From Rhynchopus sp. YZ270_cl-10 (lineage: Eukaryota), in assembly GCA_964035575.1 (NCBI GenBank), contig OZ037847.1:372001-436000 (forward strand): 64,000 nt of DNA. Direction: 5' to 3'. Under the pieces are notes generated by a model that searched no databases, had not been told where the DNA came from, and saw only the letters and a program-made list of their open reading frames with translations. A program made the position numbers and the translations under genes. Each line of letters opens with the position of its first letter. Position 1 is the stretch's first letter. Shown here one piece after another: positions 50,785 through 62,000 of the stretch.

Positions 50785-52750
50785 GGTTTGTTTGTTTGTA
50801 TGTGGTTTTCTTTTAGCTGCGAGGTGTGGAGTGGGTGGAGGGTGTGCTGGGCGTTGAGGGCGACAACAGTGTGAAAAGGTTGTGAGAGAGAGCTTCGGGT
50901 TATTGAAGGAAAAAAAACAAGAAAAAGGTTGTAATACGTGTCTCAAAGAATAAGAGCAAAGGGAATGTATGCAGGGGTACTCGCATCCTACAACTGATAG
51001 AGCACATCACAGAAATGTTTCTTTTTATAGTTTCCACCTCTGTGATACAGTGTCTATCAGCTAAGGTACGACATGCCAACGCTTCCTTGCAGAATACAAG
51101 AAAGAAAGGTGGCAATATGGGTTGTAAAGCCTTTTTGACGGCAAAAACAAGGCAAACACAAAAAAAAACTAGATGAACAAATATGTATGGGGTATTCGAT
51201 AGTGTAGCCTATCAATACTAAAATGCTTGAAAGATTGGATGCGTCTCACGAGGGTGCACACATCTTTCTAACGAATCAAAATATACGAAAAATGTTTTTT
51301 TGAAAAAAAAATATGGTAAAAAACGCCTCTGGGACGCAGGCACACAGACCATCCGTGGGTTATCGAAGCACGGAGTGTTGCTGCGCTTGGGTGTTGCTGA
51401 CAGGGAAACTGAACCCCCGTCATCACCGTCTTGCGTCTGTGGCATCTGACCTGAACGAGGAAGCCTCGAAAAATGGAACTAACGAAGTATTGCCAGGCAC
51501 ACAGCATTCCTTGGATTCAAGGTGCTGTGCACGAGAAAAGAAAAGAAACGAAAAGTAAGATGTGCCGCTCAATGCACCTACACATCTTTAAACACGAGCA
51601 AAAAAAATAGAATCACCGATTTGCAATTGTTGCGCATCGCTCAAACAGGAGAAACTGTTGTGTGAAGTGTCGTTTAACACATGCAGGGGGGTAAACACTT
51701 TCTGGGATATTTCTACTCAGTAAAGTGGTGGGTAGAAAATATGTCGAAAGCTGTCTCTTCGGAACCACGTTTGTTGAACGGTTCACTGGGAACGGAAACA
51801 GGGGGAATGGGGGAAGGGAAAAGAAAACTTCAAAAACAAAACAAAAAAGACCCTCACTCACGCGAGAGCAAACTATTCGTTGGATGTAGGTTACAGTGAA
51901 GTAAAATAAAAAAACGTTGGTATGTTGGTACAGATGCTTAGGATGAATTGCTATACTCCAAATATGTTTGGTGTCCAAAAAAGTCGCCAAATTACATCAA
52001 AATCCGAAATCTGCTAAACTTATTTGCACACAAAACTATTTGGAGTAAAGAATGATGGAGGTGTCCATCAGTATGTTGTTGTACAAAAAGAAAACAGTTA
52101 GCCTGCAAACACCCATGGGTATATGCAGGCACAAACCAAAAGAAAGCAAATAAGAAATGTAAAACTTGTTATGCAGCGCACAACATCTAATCGATCGAGA
52201 GTAAAAATAAAAAACAGTTTTGTAAGCTGAACCTAAGTCTCGCTCACCAAAACAAAAGGGGCGGGGAGGGTGTTTGGTTGGTATGAGCTGGAACCAGTTG
52301 ACGATACCACGTCCAGCTGCAAAAAACGTTGGCCTACAAAAAAATAGGAAAAAACAGGGGGGAAGCTTGCAAGATGAATGAACCACACAACACAGGGGTA
52401 CAGACATCATGGGTAAAGATAGGGTACAGTCCAGGAGACACAAAAACACCCCCATCCCCAACTTGACAACTTTCGGGAGTGTGTTCTCGGTTTCTCTCTC
52501 TCCCATCTGAGAGGGTGGTAAAAGAAACCGCGACACACCCCGAACAACAGACCATCTCCGACAAATCTGTTTTCAGAAAAAGAAGTACATTCCCTTTTCG
52601 GGTTCAAAGCTGGGGCGGTGTCTCAAATAAAAAAAGCTATTTTTTTGTTTGTTTTTTGGATCAATGTGTTTGGCTGCACATTCATCAGTAAGATAGGCGT
52701 CACCTTACAACGTTGGTAGGTTGAGAAATGCTTCGAATATCAAACCCTTT

Positions 52751-55700
52751 CTAAGGCTCGTTCGCGGCCACAGGGGTTTGCACATCGAATTCAAACCAGA
52801 GCTTGTCGCAGGTGATGATGTCGGTGGGTTCGAAGACGGTGTGGGTGCCGACCTGGGTGCCGTGGGTGGGTCCGCGGCAGTGGGAAGCATCGACACCGAG
52901 CTCGAGGAGGAACTTTGCGCCGACCTTGCCTTCGTCCTGCCAGCAGGGGAAGACGGACTTGGAGCAGGATCCGCTGTAGGCGTAGAGGCCGGGGGTCGTG
53001 CGTGAGACCTTCTCGCAGATGCCCTCGTTGTGGTGTGCAAGGCTGCCGTTGTACGTGAACTTCAGCGTCGCCTGCCCAGCGTCAAACGGCTTGTCCCTTG
53101 GCGCAAGAATCACCATGGCATCACCGTCCCAGTTCAACACAGGGGTGAAGGTGTCGTCACCCTGCGTCACCTCCAACTTCACATTCGACAGATGCTTTGT
53201 GTTCAAGGTGAAGTCCCAGGCACGGTGGTTCAGCACCAAGTCCATGGTGCATTCCGCACGGAAGGTCTTCGTCGCAACGTCAGGGTCAATGCGGAGGCGG
53301 GTGTTCAAAGGGTACATCATCTGCGATGCGTTCGCTGCCGTTCTCGGGTCTGTGCCCCAAGAGAAGTCGCCGTTCTCGATGTTGACAATCTGTGGGGCCG
53401 GGATCCCGTACTTCGCTTCGAGGATCTTCTCCATCTCCGTGAAGGCACCTTCCACCCAGCCTTGGGCTCCACTGTAGGCCTCACCTGCAACGAAGACAGA
53501 GTCCCAGATGTGGGGCTGTCTGATGAAGGGCATCTTGTCGGGCACGAGGAAGCCTGCCTTCCATGCGTGGTAACCTCCTCCGAAGGGGTCGGATCCCCAG
53601 TCCTGGAAGGCAGCGGCGTAGGGGGTGCCGATCTTCTCCGCAACCTCTGGGGGGTGCATCTGCCTGAGCTGTGCAAGCCCCACCTCCACCATGCGCTGCG
53701 AAGGGACCGGGTACGACGGCAGGCTGTCGTGCGCCGCCTGAAGACGTGCGCTCTTCGCAATTGCCTTCGTCGGTGTCCCCTTGAAGGACTGCTCCGTCCC
53801 CTTGCTTGCAAGGATGTCCTTTGCCTTCTGCAGAACAGACTTCGTAAGCTTCTCCTTCAACACCTTCACCAGATCGCATCCGTGCTTCTCTGTGAAGTCA
53901 CGCTGGATCGCAAGCCACTCCTTCAGGCTCGTCACCGCCTCCAGCACCTCAAAGATCGCAGCATCGTCGACAGTGCCGCTCATCGCAGTGTACAGACGGT
54001 CTGCAGGGGCGCCAGGGCATGTTGTGTTGTTGAAGTCGATCTTCTTGGCCGCAAGGATGTCCTTTGCTTTCGTCATTTCACATGCTGTGAGCTCCTCGGT
54101 GATGGCCTTGAGGAGGCTGCCGTCGTAGAAGGTGGGGTACTTCTGGGCGAAGTCGCGTTGCGTGGCACGCCAGTCGGCGGCACTGCGCATGGCAGAGAGC
54201 TCGTTGTAGAGGCCGTCCTCGTCGGTGCCGAAGCCCTTCATTGCCTTGTAGAGGCGGTCTGCCTTGCCGCTGTCGTGCTTGAAGATGTCTGCTGTGGTGC
54301 TGGTGCTGGTCTGCACTCCGGTGTTGCCCACAATGTTGTATTTGTCAGAGCCGTAGCCGGTCTGGCTGTTGTAGCTCCCAGCGTCGCTTTCGAGCTGGAT
54401 GCCCTCTGTCGACTCAAAGGTCTTCCAGAACGGCACCGTGCGCATGTCGTTGTAGGACGCAAGGAGGAGACCGTGCTGGTTCGTCTGGTCCACACCGAAG
54501 TAGTACGTCTGGCGCAGGGGAAGCGTCGTCACAGAGTGCGGGATGTTCGTGGTGGCGGAGTCGTCGCCAGGCTTGAGCCACCACGGCTTCTCAAAGGCCA
54601 TGAGCAGCTTCAGTGCTGGGGACGGGATGACTGCCTCAATGTTGCTGCGCCACTCCGCGTTGGCCGGGTTGTACTTCGAGAAGAACGGCATCTCCTGGTC
54701 AAGGAGCTCAAGGGCACGGCGCGGCATCGCCAGGATAATGCTCTTGGCACGCACCTTCGAGGTCTTCGGGTGCTCCCCGTCGCGCAGGAACTGCGGTGGT
54801 GTCTTGAAGGTCAGCTCGTAGATGGGCTTCCCCGCCTTCGCACACCACACCTTCTCGAAGGACACCAGCGCGTTGCGTGTCGTGATCGACCCGCCGTAGG
54901 AGAGGTACTTGCTTGCAGGCACCTTCAGCAGGTTCTCGAACCCGCCTGCGACAGTCTTGTACGTCGCGTCTGCGCCAAAGTCACCCAAGATGTACGGGAA
55001 GGCCTCCGCCGCGTTCCAGTTCAGCGTGTTGCTGTAGTAGCCTCCCGAGTCTGCCACGAAGTTGTACGTCTCCTGGTCAAGCATCTCAAGCATCAGGTTC
55101 CAGAACCCGATGGAGTACAGGAACTGGCCCGCGTAGATCGAGTCGCTCCCGTTGTCGGCCTTCACAAGGTACTGCACGGTGCGCTTGATCTCGTCCCACA
55201 CACTCGTCTGTTCCTTCGTCGGCAGGCTGGTGATCTCGGCCATGTTGCACACAGTGTCCCCGTTGCAGAGCGTGTACTGGAAGTTTGCCGCACACAGGAT
55301 GCGGTCCATCTGTGCCTTCAGGATTGTCTCCATTGTGTCGGTGATCTTGTTTCCAGACTCAGGGAAGTAGCGCACATCTGCAGTCTTGTTCGCAAAGTCC
55401 TCTGCCGTGTAGCGCGAGCCACGCAGGTAGAAGAGCGACTGGTCATCGGAACCCATCGGGAAGTTGATGGAGCGGAGCGAGCCTTCGGACTGGAACTTCT
55501 CGATGTAGCCGTTGACAAGCGTCTGCTGGTTCAGGTAGCGCATGCCGCCAAGCTCTGCCGCAACGTTCATGTTCGGGAGCTTGATGGACCAGAGACGTCC
55601 GCAGACACGGTCGCTCATCTCGTAGATGCCTGTGGTCTGGTAGGGCAGCTCCGATGTGCCGCCTGCGTGCTCATCGGGCACAACCATGCGCATGCCTGCG

Positions 55701-57076
55701 TACAGCCCTGCCGCACCTGCACCAATGATCGCCACGTCAACCTCCTCGTCCTGCGCAATCTCTGTCTTCATGTTCTTGTGCGTGTCAAACACGTAGTCCC
55801 AGTCCACCTTGAACTGCGCCGTCAGACGCTGCTCCAGGTTCGGGTCCGTTGCCTGCACCGGTGGTGTCGTGTCGTACTGGTTGAGTGCGTCGTACGGCTT
55901 CCCCTCGAGCATGTGTGCAATCCATTCTCCAAGTGTGGGGATGAACTTCCCTGCCCATCCCGACGTGTAGAGCACAATGTCCTTGTTGTTGGGCACCGTG
56001 CCAGGAAGGGTGTCGAGGAGCATTGCCTTGCTGGGGTCCAGCGGGAGGCCGATGATGCAGTAGGTGGTTGGGGTCCTGTCGTCCGCGTCAAGACCGGGCA
56101 TGTGGTTGCGCACGAAGTCGACTGTGTACTTGATGGTCTCCGTCCCGTCGCTCTGGCGCTGCGAGGGGTCGGTGAGGATGCGGTCCTGCCAGCCGGGGCA
56201 CACACGTGCGTAGCCGGGGGTGTCCCAGGAGGCTGACTCGGTGAAGCCGTAGAAGACCTTCTGGTCTGCTGCAGTCGGGCTGTCGGGCTCGTCAAAGACG
56301 TACCAGGTGTTGTCCGGCACCTTCGTCCTGTCCTTGATCTTGAAGTACGTCGACGACATCTCCCACGTCGTGATCGGTGCCTGCAGCCCCCACTCCGAGA
56401 GGATGCTGCGGTTCACGTACGCACCCCCCGCAATGACAAGCTTCTTTGTGGGGAACGACTGCGTCACGCCGCCGTTCTCTGCGATGACGGTGATCCCACC
56501 CTCGACAGTCGAGGTGAAGGTGTTCACAGTCTGGTTTGCCATCAGGGTCACATTCTCCATCTCCCCCAGCACCTTGATCAGAAGCGCCTGGGTACCGTGC
56601 AGGTCGACCGACCCTCCGTCCTTCTGCAGGAACCCTGCATAGCTCTCAGGGAGGTTTGCCACGTACGGGTGCGCTGCAGTGATCTCAGCACCGTTCTGGT
56701 AAGGCGTGTACGCAAGCTTCGCCTCGTCCATGGCCTCCTCGGCAGCAGCGACGCCACCCTCCTCAGAGACAATCTGCGAGTTCCCGAACCAGAGCGAGCC
56801 CTCCTCATAGAAGACGGGGGGGAGACCATGCGCCTTCGCAAGCGCGTTGAACTCATCCCACTGCTCACGGGCCAGCTGCGCCATGTTGATCATGTCCGGC
56901 TCGGTGTACTGCAGGCGCATCTGCCTGCTCTGTCCCGCAGAGCTCCCCTCCTGGTTCTCAAACTCAAACTGCTCCAAAACCAGAACCTTCCTCTGTGTGC
57001 TCTCCTTCATCACAGCGTAGGCCGCAGAAAGACCAACAGGCCCTCCTCCGACAATCACAACATCGTATTTCTCCAT
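52751..57076 (-). CDS. Chimeric di-flavoprotein, copy 3
   Basis: Translation identical to copy 1. Confidence 0.93.
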   Translation of the reverse strand: MEKYDVVIVGGGPVGLSAAYAVMKESTQRKVLVLEQFEFENQEGSSAGQSRQMRLQYTEPDMINMAQLAREQWDEFNALAKAHGLPPVFYEEGSLWFGNSQIVSEEGGVAAAEEAMDEAKLAYTPYQNGAEITAAHPYVANLPESYAGFLQKDGGSVDLHGTQALLIKVLGEMENVTLMANQTVNTFTSTVEGGITVIAENGGVTQSFPTKKLVIAGGAYVNRSILSEWGLQAPITTWEMSSTYFKIKDRTKVPDNTWYVFDEPDSPTAADQKVFYGFTESASWDTPGYARVCPGWQDRILTDPSQRQSDGTETIKYTVDFVRNHMPGLDADDRTPTTYCIIGLPLDPSKAMLLDTLPGTVPNNKDIVLYTSGWAGKFIPTLGEWIAHMLEGKPYDALNQYDTTPPVQATDPNLEQRLTAQFKVDWDYVFDTHKNMKTEIAQDEEVDVAIIGAGAAGLYAGMRMVVPDEHAGGTSELPYQTTGIYEMSDRVCGRLWSIKLPNMNVAAELGGMRYLNQQTLVNGYIEKFQSEGSLRSINFPMGSDDQSLFYLRGSRYTAEDFANKTADVRYFPESGNKITDTMETILKAQMDRILCAANFQYTLCNGDTVCNMAEITSLPTKEQTSVWDEIKRTVQYLVKADNGSDSIYAGQFLYSIGFWNLMLEMLDQETYNFVADSGGYYSNTLNWNAAEAFPYILGDFGADATYKTVAGGFENLLKVPASKYLSYGGSITTRNALVSFEKVWCAKAGKPIYELTFKTPPQFLRDGEHPKTSKVRAKSIILAMPRRALELLDQEMPFFSKYNPANAEWRSNIEAVIPSPALKLLMAFEKPWWLKPGDDSATTNIPHSVTTLPLRQTYYFGVDQTNQHGLLLASYNDMRTVPFWKTFESTEGIQLESDAGSYNSQTGYGSDKYNIVGNTGVQTSTSTTADIFKHDSGKADRLYKAMKGFGTDEDGLYNELSAMRSAADWRATQRDFAQKYPTFYDGSLLKAITEELTACEMTKAKDILAAKKIDFNNTTCPGAPADRLYTAMSGTVDDAAIFEVLEAVTSLKEWLAIQRDFTEKHGCDLVKVLKEKLTKSVLQKAKDILASKGTEQSFKGTPTKAIAKSARLQAAHDSLPSYPVPSQRMVEVGLAQLRQMHPPEVAEKIGTPYAAAFQDWGSDPFGGGYHAWKAGFLVPDKMPFIRQPHIWDSVFVAGEAYSGAQGWVEGAFTEMEKILEAKYGIPAPQIVNIENGDFSWGTDPRTAANASQMMYPLNTRLRIDPDVATKTFRAECTMDLVLNHRAWDFTLNTKHLSNVKLEVTQGDDTFTPVLNWDGDAMVILAPRDKPFDAGQATLKFTYNGSLAHHNEGICEKVSRTTPGLYAYSGSCSKSVFPCWQDEGKVGAKFLLELGVDASHCRGPTHGTQVGTHTVFEPTDIITCDKLWFEFDVQTPVAANEP

Positions 57077-59042
57077 GGTTTGTTTGTTTGTATGTGGTTT
57101 TCTTTTAGCTGCGAGGTGTGGAGTGGGTGGAGGGTGTGCTGGGCGTTGAGGGCGACAACAGTGTGAAAAGGTTGTGAGAGAGAGCTTCGGGTTATTGAAG
57201 GAAAAAAAACAAGAAAAAGGTTGTAATACGTGTCTCAAAGAATAAGAGCAAAGGGAATGTATGCAGGGGTACTCGCATCCTACAACTGATAGAGCACATC
57301 ACAGAAATGTTTCTTTTTATAGTTTCCACCTCTGTGATACAGTGTCTATCAGCTAAGGTACGACATGCCAACGCTTCCTTGCAGAATACAAGAAAGAAAG
57401 GTGGCAATATGGGTTGTAAAGCCTTTTTGACGGCAAAAACAAGGCAAACACAAAAAAAAACTAGATGAACAAATATGTATGGGGTATTCGATAGTGTAGC
57501 CTATCAATACTAAAATGCTTGAAAGATTGGATGCGTCTCACGAGGGTGCACACATCTTTCTAACGAATCAAAATATACGAAAAATGTTTTTTTGAAAAAA
57601 AAATATGGTAAAAAACGCCTCTGGGACGCAGGCACACAGACCATCCGTGGGTTATCGAAGCACGGAGTGTTGCTGCGCTTGGGTGTTGCTGACAGGGAAA
57701 CTGAACCCCCGTCATCACCGTCTTGCGTCTGTGGCATCTGACCTGAACGAGGAAGCCTCGAAAAATGGAACTAACGAAGTATTGCCAGGCACACAGCATT
57801 CCTTGGATTCAAGGTGCTGTGCACGAGAAAAGAAAAGAAACGAAAAGTAAGATGTGCCGCTCAATGCACCTACACATCTTTAAACACGAGCAAAAAAAAT
57901 AGAATCACCGATTTGCAATTGTTGCGCATCGCTCAAACAGGAGAAACTGTTGTGTGAAGTGTCGTTTAACACATGCAGGGGGGTAAACACTTTCTGGGAT
58001 ATTTCTACTCAGTAAAGTGGTGGGTAGAAAATATGTCGAAAGCTGTCTCTTCGGAACCACGTTTGTTGAACGGTTCACTGGGAACGGAAACAGGGGGAAT
58101 GGGGGAAGGGAAAAGAAAACTTCAAAAACAAAACAAAAAAGACCCTCACTCACGCGAGAGCAAACTATTCGTTGGATGTAGGTTACAGTGAAGTAAAATA
58201 AAAAAACGTTGGTATGTTGGTACAGATGCTTAGGATGAATTGCTATACTCCAAATATGTTTGGTGTCCAAAAAAGTCGCCAAATTACATCAAAATCCGAA
58301 ATCTGCTAAACTTATTTGCACACAAAACTATTTGGAGTAAAGAATGATGGAGGTGTCCATCAGTATGTTGTTGTACAAAAAGAAAACAGTTAGCCTGCAA
58401 ACACCCATGGGTATATGCAGGCACAAACCAAAAGAAAGCAAATAAGAAATGTAAAACTTGTTATGCAGCGCACAACATCTAATCGATCGAGAGTAAAAAT
58501 AAAAAACAGTTTTGTAAGCTGAACCTAAGTCTCGCTCACCAAAACAAAAGGGGCGGGGAGGGTGTTTGGTTGGTATGAGCTGGAACCAGTTGACGATACC
58601 ACGTCCAGCTGCAAAAAACGTTGGCCTACAAAAAAATAGGAAAAAACAGGGGGGAAGCTTGCAAGATGAATGAACCACACAACACAGGGGTACAGACATC
58701 ATGGGTAAAGATAGGGTACAGTCCAGGAGACACAAAAACACCCCCATCCCCAACTTGACAACTTTCGGGAGTGTGTTCTCGGTTTCTCTCTCTCCCATCT
58801 GAGAGGGTGGTAAAAGAAACCGCGACACACCCCGAACAACAGACCATCTCCGACAAATCTGTTTTCAGAAAAAGAAGTACATTCCCTTTTCGGGTTCAAA
58901 GCTGGGGCGGTGTCTCAAATAAAAAAAGCTATTTTTTTGTTTGTTTTTTGGATCAATGTGTTTGGCTGCACATTCATCAGTAAGATAGGCGTCACCTTAC
59001 AACGTTGGTAGGTTGAGAAATGCTTCGAATATCAAACCCTTT

Positions 59043-62000
59043 CTAAGGCTCGTTCGCGGCCACAGGGGTTTGCACATCGAATTCAAACCAGAGCTTGTCG
59101 CAGGTGATGATGTCGGTGGGTTCGAAGACGGTGTGGGTGCCGACCTGGGTGCCGTGGGTGGGTCCGCGGCAGTGGGAAGCATCGACACCGAGCTCGAGGA
59201 GGAACTTTGCGCCGACCTTGCCTTCGTCCTGCCAGCAGGGGAAGACGGACTTGGAGCAGGATCCGCTGTAGGCGTAGAGGCCGGGGGTCGTGCGTGAGAC
59301 CTTCTCGCAGATGCCCTCGTTGTGGTGTGCAAGGCTGCCGTTGTACGTGAACTTCAGCGTCGCCTGCCCAGCGTCAAACGGCTTGTCCCTTGGCGCAAGA
59401 ATCACCATGGCATCACCGTCCCAGTTCAACACAGGGGTGAAGGTGTCGTCACCCTGCGTCACCTCCAACTTCACATTCGACAGATGCTTTGTGTTCAAGG
59501 TGAAGTCCCAGGCACGGTGGTTCAGCACCAAGTCCATGGTGCATTCCGCACGGAAGGTCTTCGTCGCAACGTCAGGGTCAATGCGGAGGCGGGTGTTCAA
59601 AGGGTACATCATCTGCGATGCGTTCGCTGCCGTTCTCGGGTCTGTGCCCCAAGAGAAGTCGCCGTTCTCGATGTTGACAATCTGTGGGGCCGGGATCCCG
59701 TACTTCGCTTCGAGGATCTTCTCCATCTCCGTGAAGGCACCTTCCACCCAGCCTTGGGCTCCACTGTAGGCCTCACCTGCAACGAAGACAGAGTCCCAGA
59801 TGTGGGGCTGTCTGATGAAGGGCATCTTGTCGGGCACGAGGAAGCCTGCCTTCCATGCGTGGTAACCTCCTCCGAAGGGGTCGGATCCCCAGTCCTGGAA
59901 GGCAGCGGCGTAGGGGGTGCCGATCTTCTCCGCAACCTCTGGGGGGTGCATCTGCCTGAGCTGTGCAAGCCCCACCTCCACCATGCGCTGCGAAGGGACC
60001 GGGTACGACGGCAGGCTGTCGTGCGCCGCCTGAAGACGTGCGCTCTTCGCAATTGCCTTCGTCGGTGTCCCCTTGAAGGACTGCTCCGTCCCCTTGCTTG
60101 CAAGGATGTCCTTTGCCTTCTGCAGAACAGACTTCGTAAGCTTCTCCTTCAACACCTTCACCAGATCGCATCCGTGCTTCTCTGTGAAGTCACGCTGGAT
60201 CGCAAGCCACTCCTTCAGGCTCGTCACCGCCTCCAGCACCTCAAAGATCGCAGCATCGTCGACAGTGCCGCTCATCGCAGTGTACAGACGGTCTGCAGGG
60301 GCGCCAGGGCATGTTGTGTTGTTGAAGTCGATCTTCTTGGCCGCAAGGATGTCCTTTGCTTTCGTCATTTCACATGCTGTGAGCTCCTCGGTGATGGCCT
60401 TGAGGAGGCTGCCGTCGTAGAAGGTGGGGTACTTCTGGGCGAAGTCGCGTTGCGTGGCACGCCAGTCGGCGGCACTGCGCATGGCAGAGAGCTCGTTGTA
60501 GAGGCCGTCCTCGTCGGTGCCGAAGCCCTTCATTGCCTTGTAGAGGCGGTCTGCCTTGCCGCTGTCGTGCTTGAAGATGTCTGCTGTGGTGCTGGTGCTG
60601 GTCTGCACTCCGGTGTTGCCCACAATGTTGTATTTGTCAGAGCCGTAGCCGGTCTGGCTGTTGTAGCTCCCAGCGTCGCTTTCGAGCTGGATGCCCTCTG
60701 TCGACTCAAAGGTCTTCCAGAACGGCACCGTGCGCATGTCGTTGTAGGACGCAAGGAGGAGACCGTGCTGGTTCGTCTGGTCCACACCGAAGTAGTACGT
60801 CTGGCGCAGGGGAAGCGTCGTCACAGAGTGCGGGATGTTCGTGGTGGCGGAGTCGTCGCCAGGCTTGAGCCACCACGGCTTCTCAAAGGCCATGAGCAGC
60901 TTCAGTGCTGGGGACGGGATGACTGCCTCAATGTTGCTGCGCCACTCCGCGTTGGCCGGGTTGTACTTCGAGAAGAACGGCATCTCCTGGTCAAGGAGCT
61001 CAAGGGCACGGCGCGGCATCGCCAGGATAATGCTCTTGGCACGCACCTTCGAGGTCTTCGGGTGCTCCCCGTCGCGCAGGAACTGCGGTGGTGTCTTGAA
61101 GGTCAGCTCGTAGATGGGCTTCCCCGCCTTCGCACACCACACCTTCTCGAAGGACACCAGCGCGTTGCGTGTCGTGATCGACCCGCCGTAGGAGAGGTAC
61201 TTGCTTGCAGGCACCTTCAGCAGGTTCTCGAACCCGCCTGCGACAGTCTTGTACGTCGCGTCTGCGCCAAAGTCACCCAAGATGTACGGGAAGGCCTCCG
61301 CCGCGTTCCAGTTCAGCGTGTTGCTGTAGTAGCCTCCCGAGTCTGCCACGAAGTTGTACGTCTCCTGGTCAAGCATCTCAAGCATCAGGTTCCAGAACCC
61401 GATGGAGTACAGGAACTGGCCCGCGTAGATCGAGTCGCTCCCGTTGTCGGCCTTCACAAGGTACTGCACGGTGCGCTTGATCTCGTCCCACACACTCGTC
61501 TGTTCCTTCGTCGGCAGGCTGGTGATCTCGGCCATGTTGCACACAGTGTCCCCGTTGCAGAGCGTGTACTGGAAGTTTGCCGCACACAGGATGCGGTCCA
61601 TCTGTGCCTTCAGGATTGTCTCCATTGTGTCGGTGATCTTGTTTCCAGACTCAGGGAAGTAGCGCACATCTGCAGTCTTGTTCGCAAAGTCCTCTGCCGT
61701 GTAGCGCGAGCCACGCAGGTAGAAGAGCGACTGGTCATCGGAACCCATCGGGAAGTTGATGGAGCGGAGCGAGCCTTCGGACTGGAACTTCTCGATGTAG
61801 CCGTTGACAAGCGTCTGCTGGTTCAGGTAGCGCATGCCGCCAAGCTCTGCCGCAACGTTCATGTTCGGGAGCTTGATGGACCAGAGACGTCCGCAGACAC
61901 GGTCGCTCATCTCGTAGATGCCTGTGGTCTGGTAGGGCAGCTCCGATGTGCCGCCTGCGTGCTCATCGGGCACAACCATGCGCATGCCTGCGTACAGCCC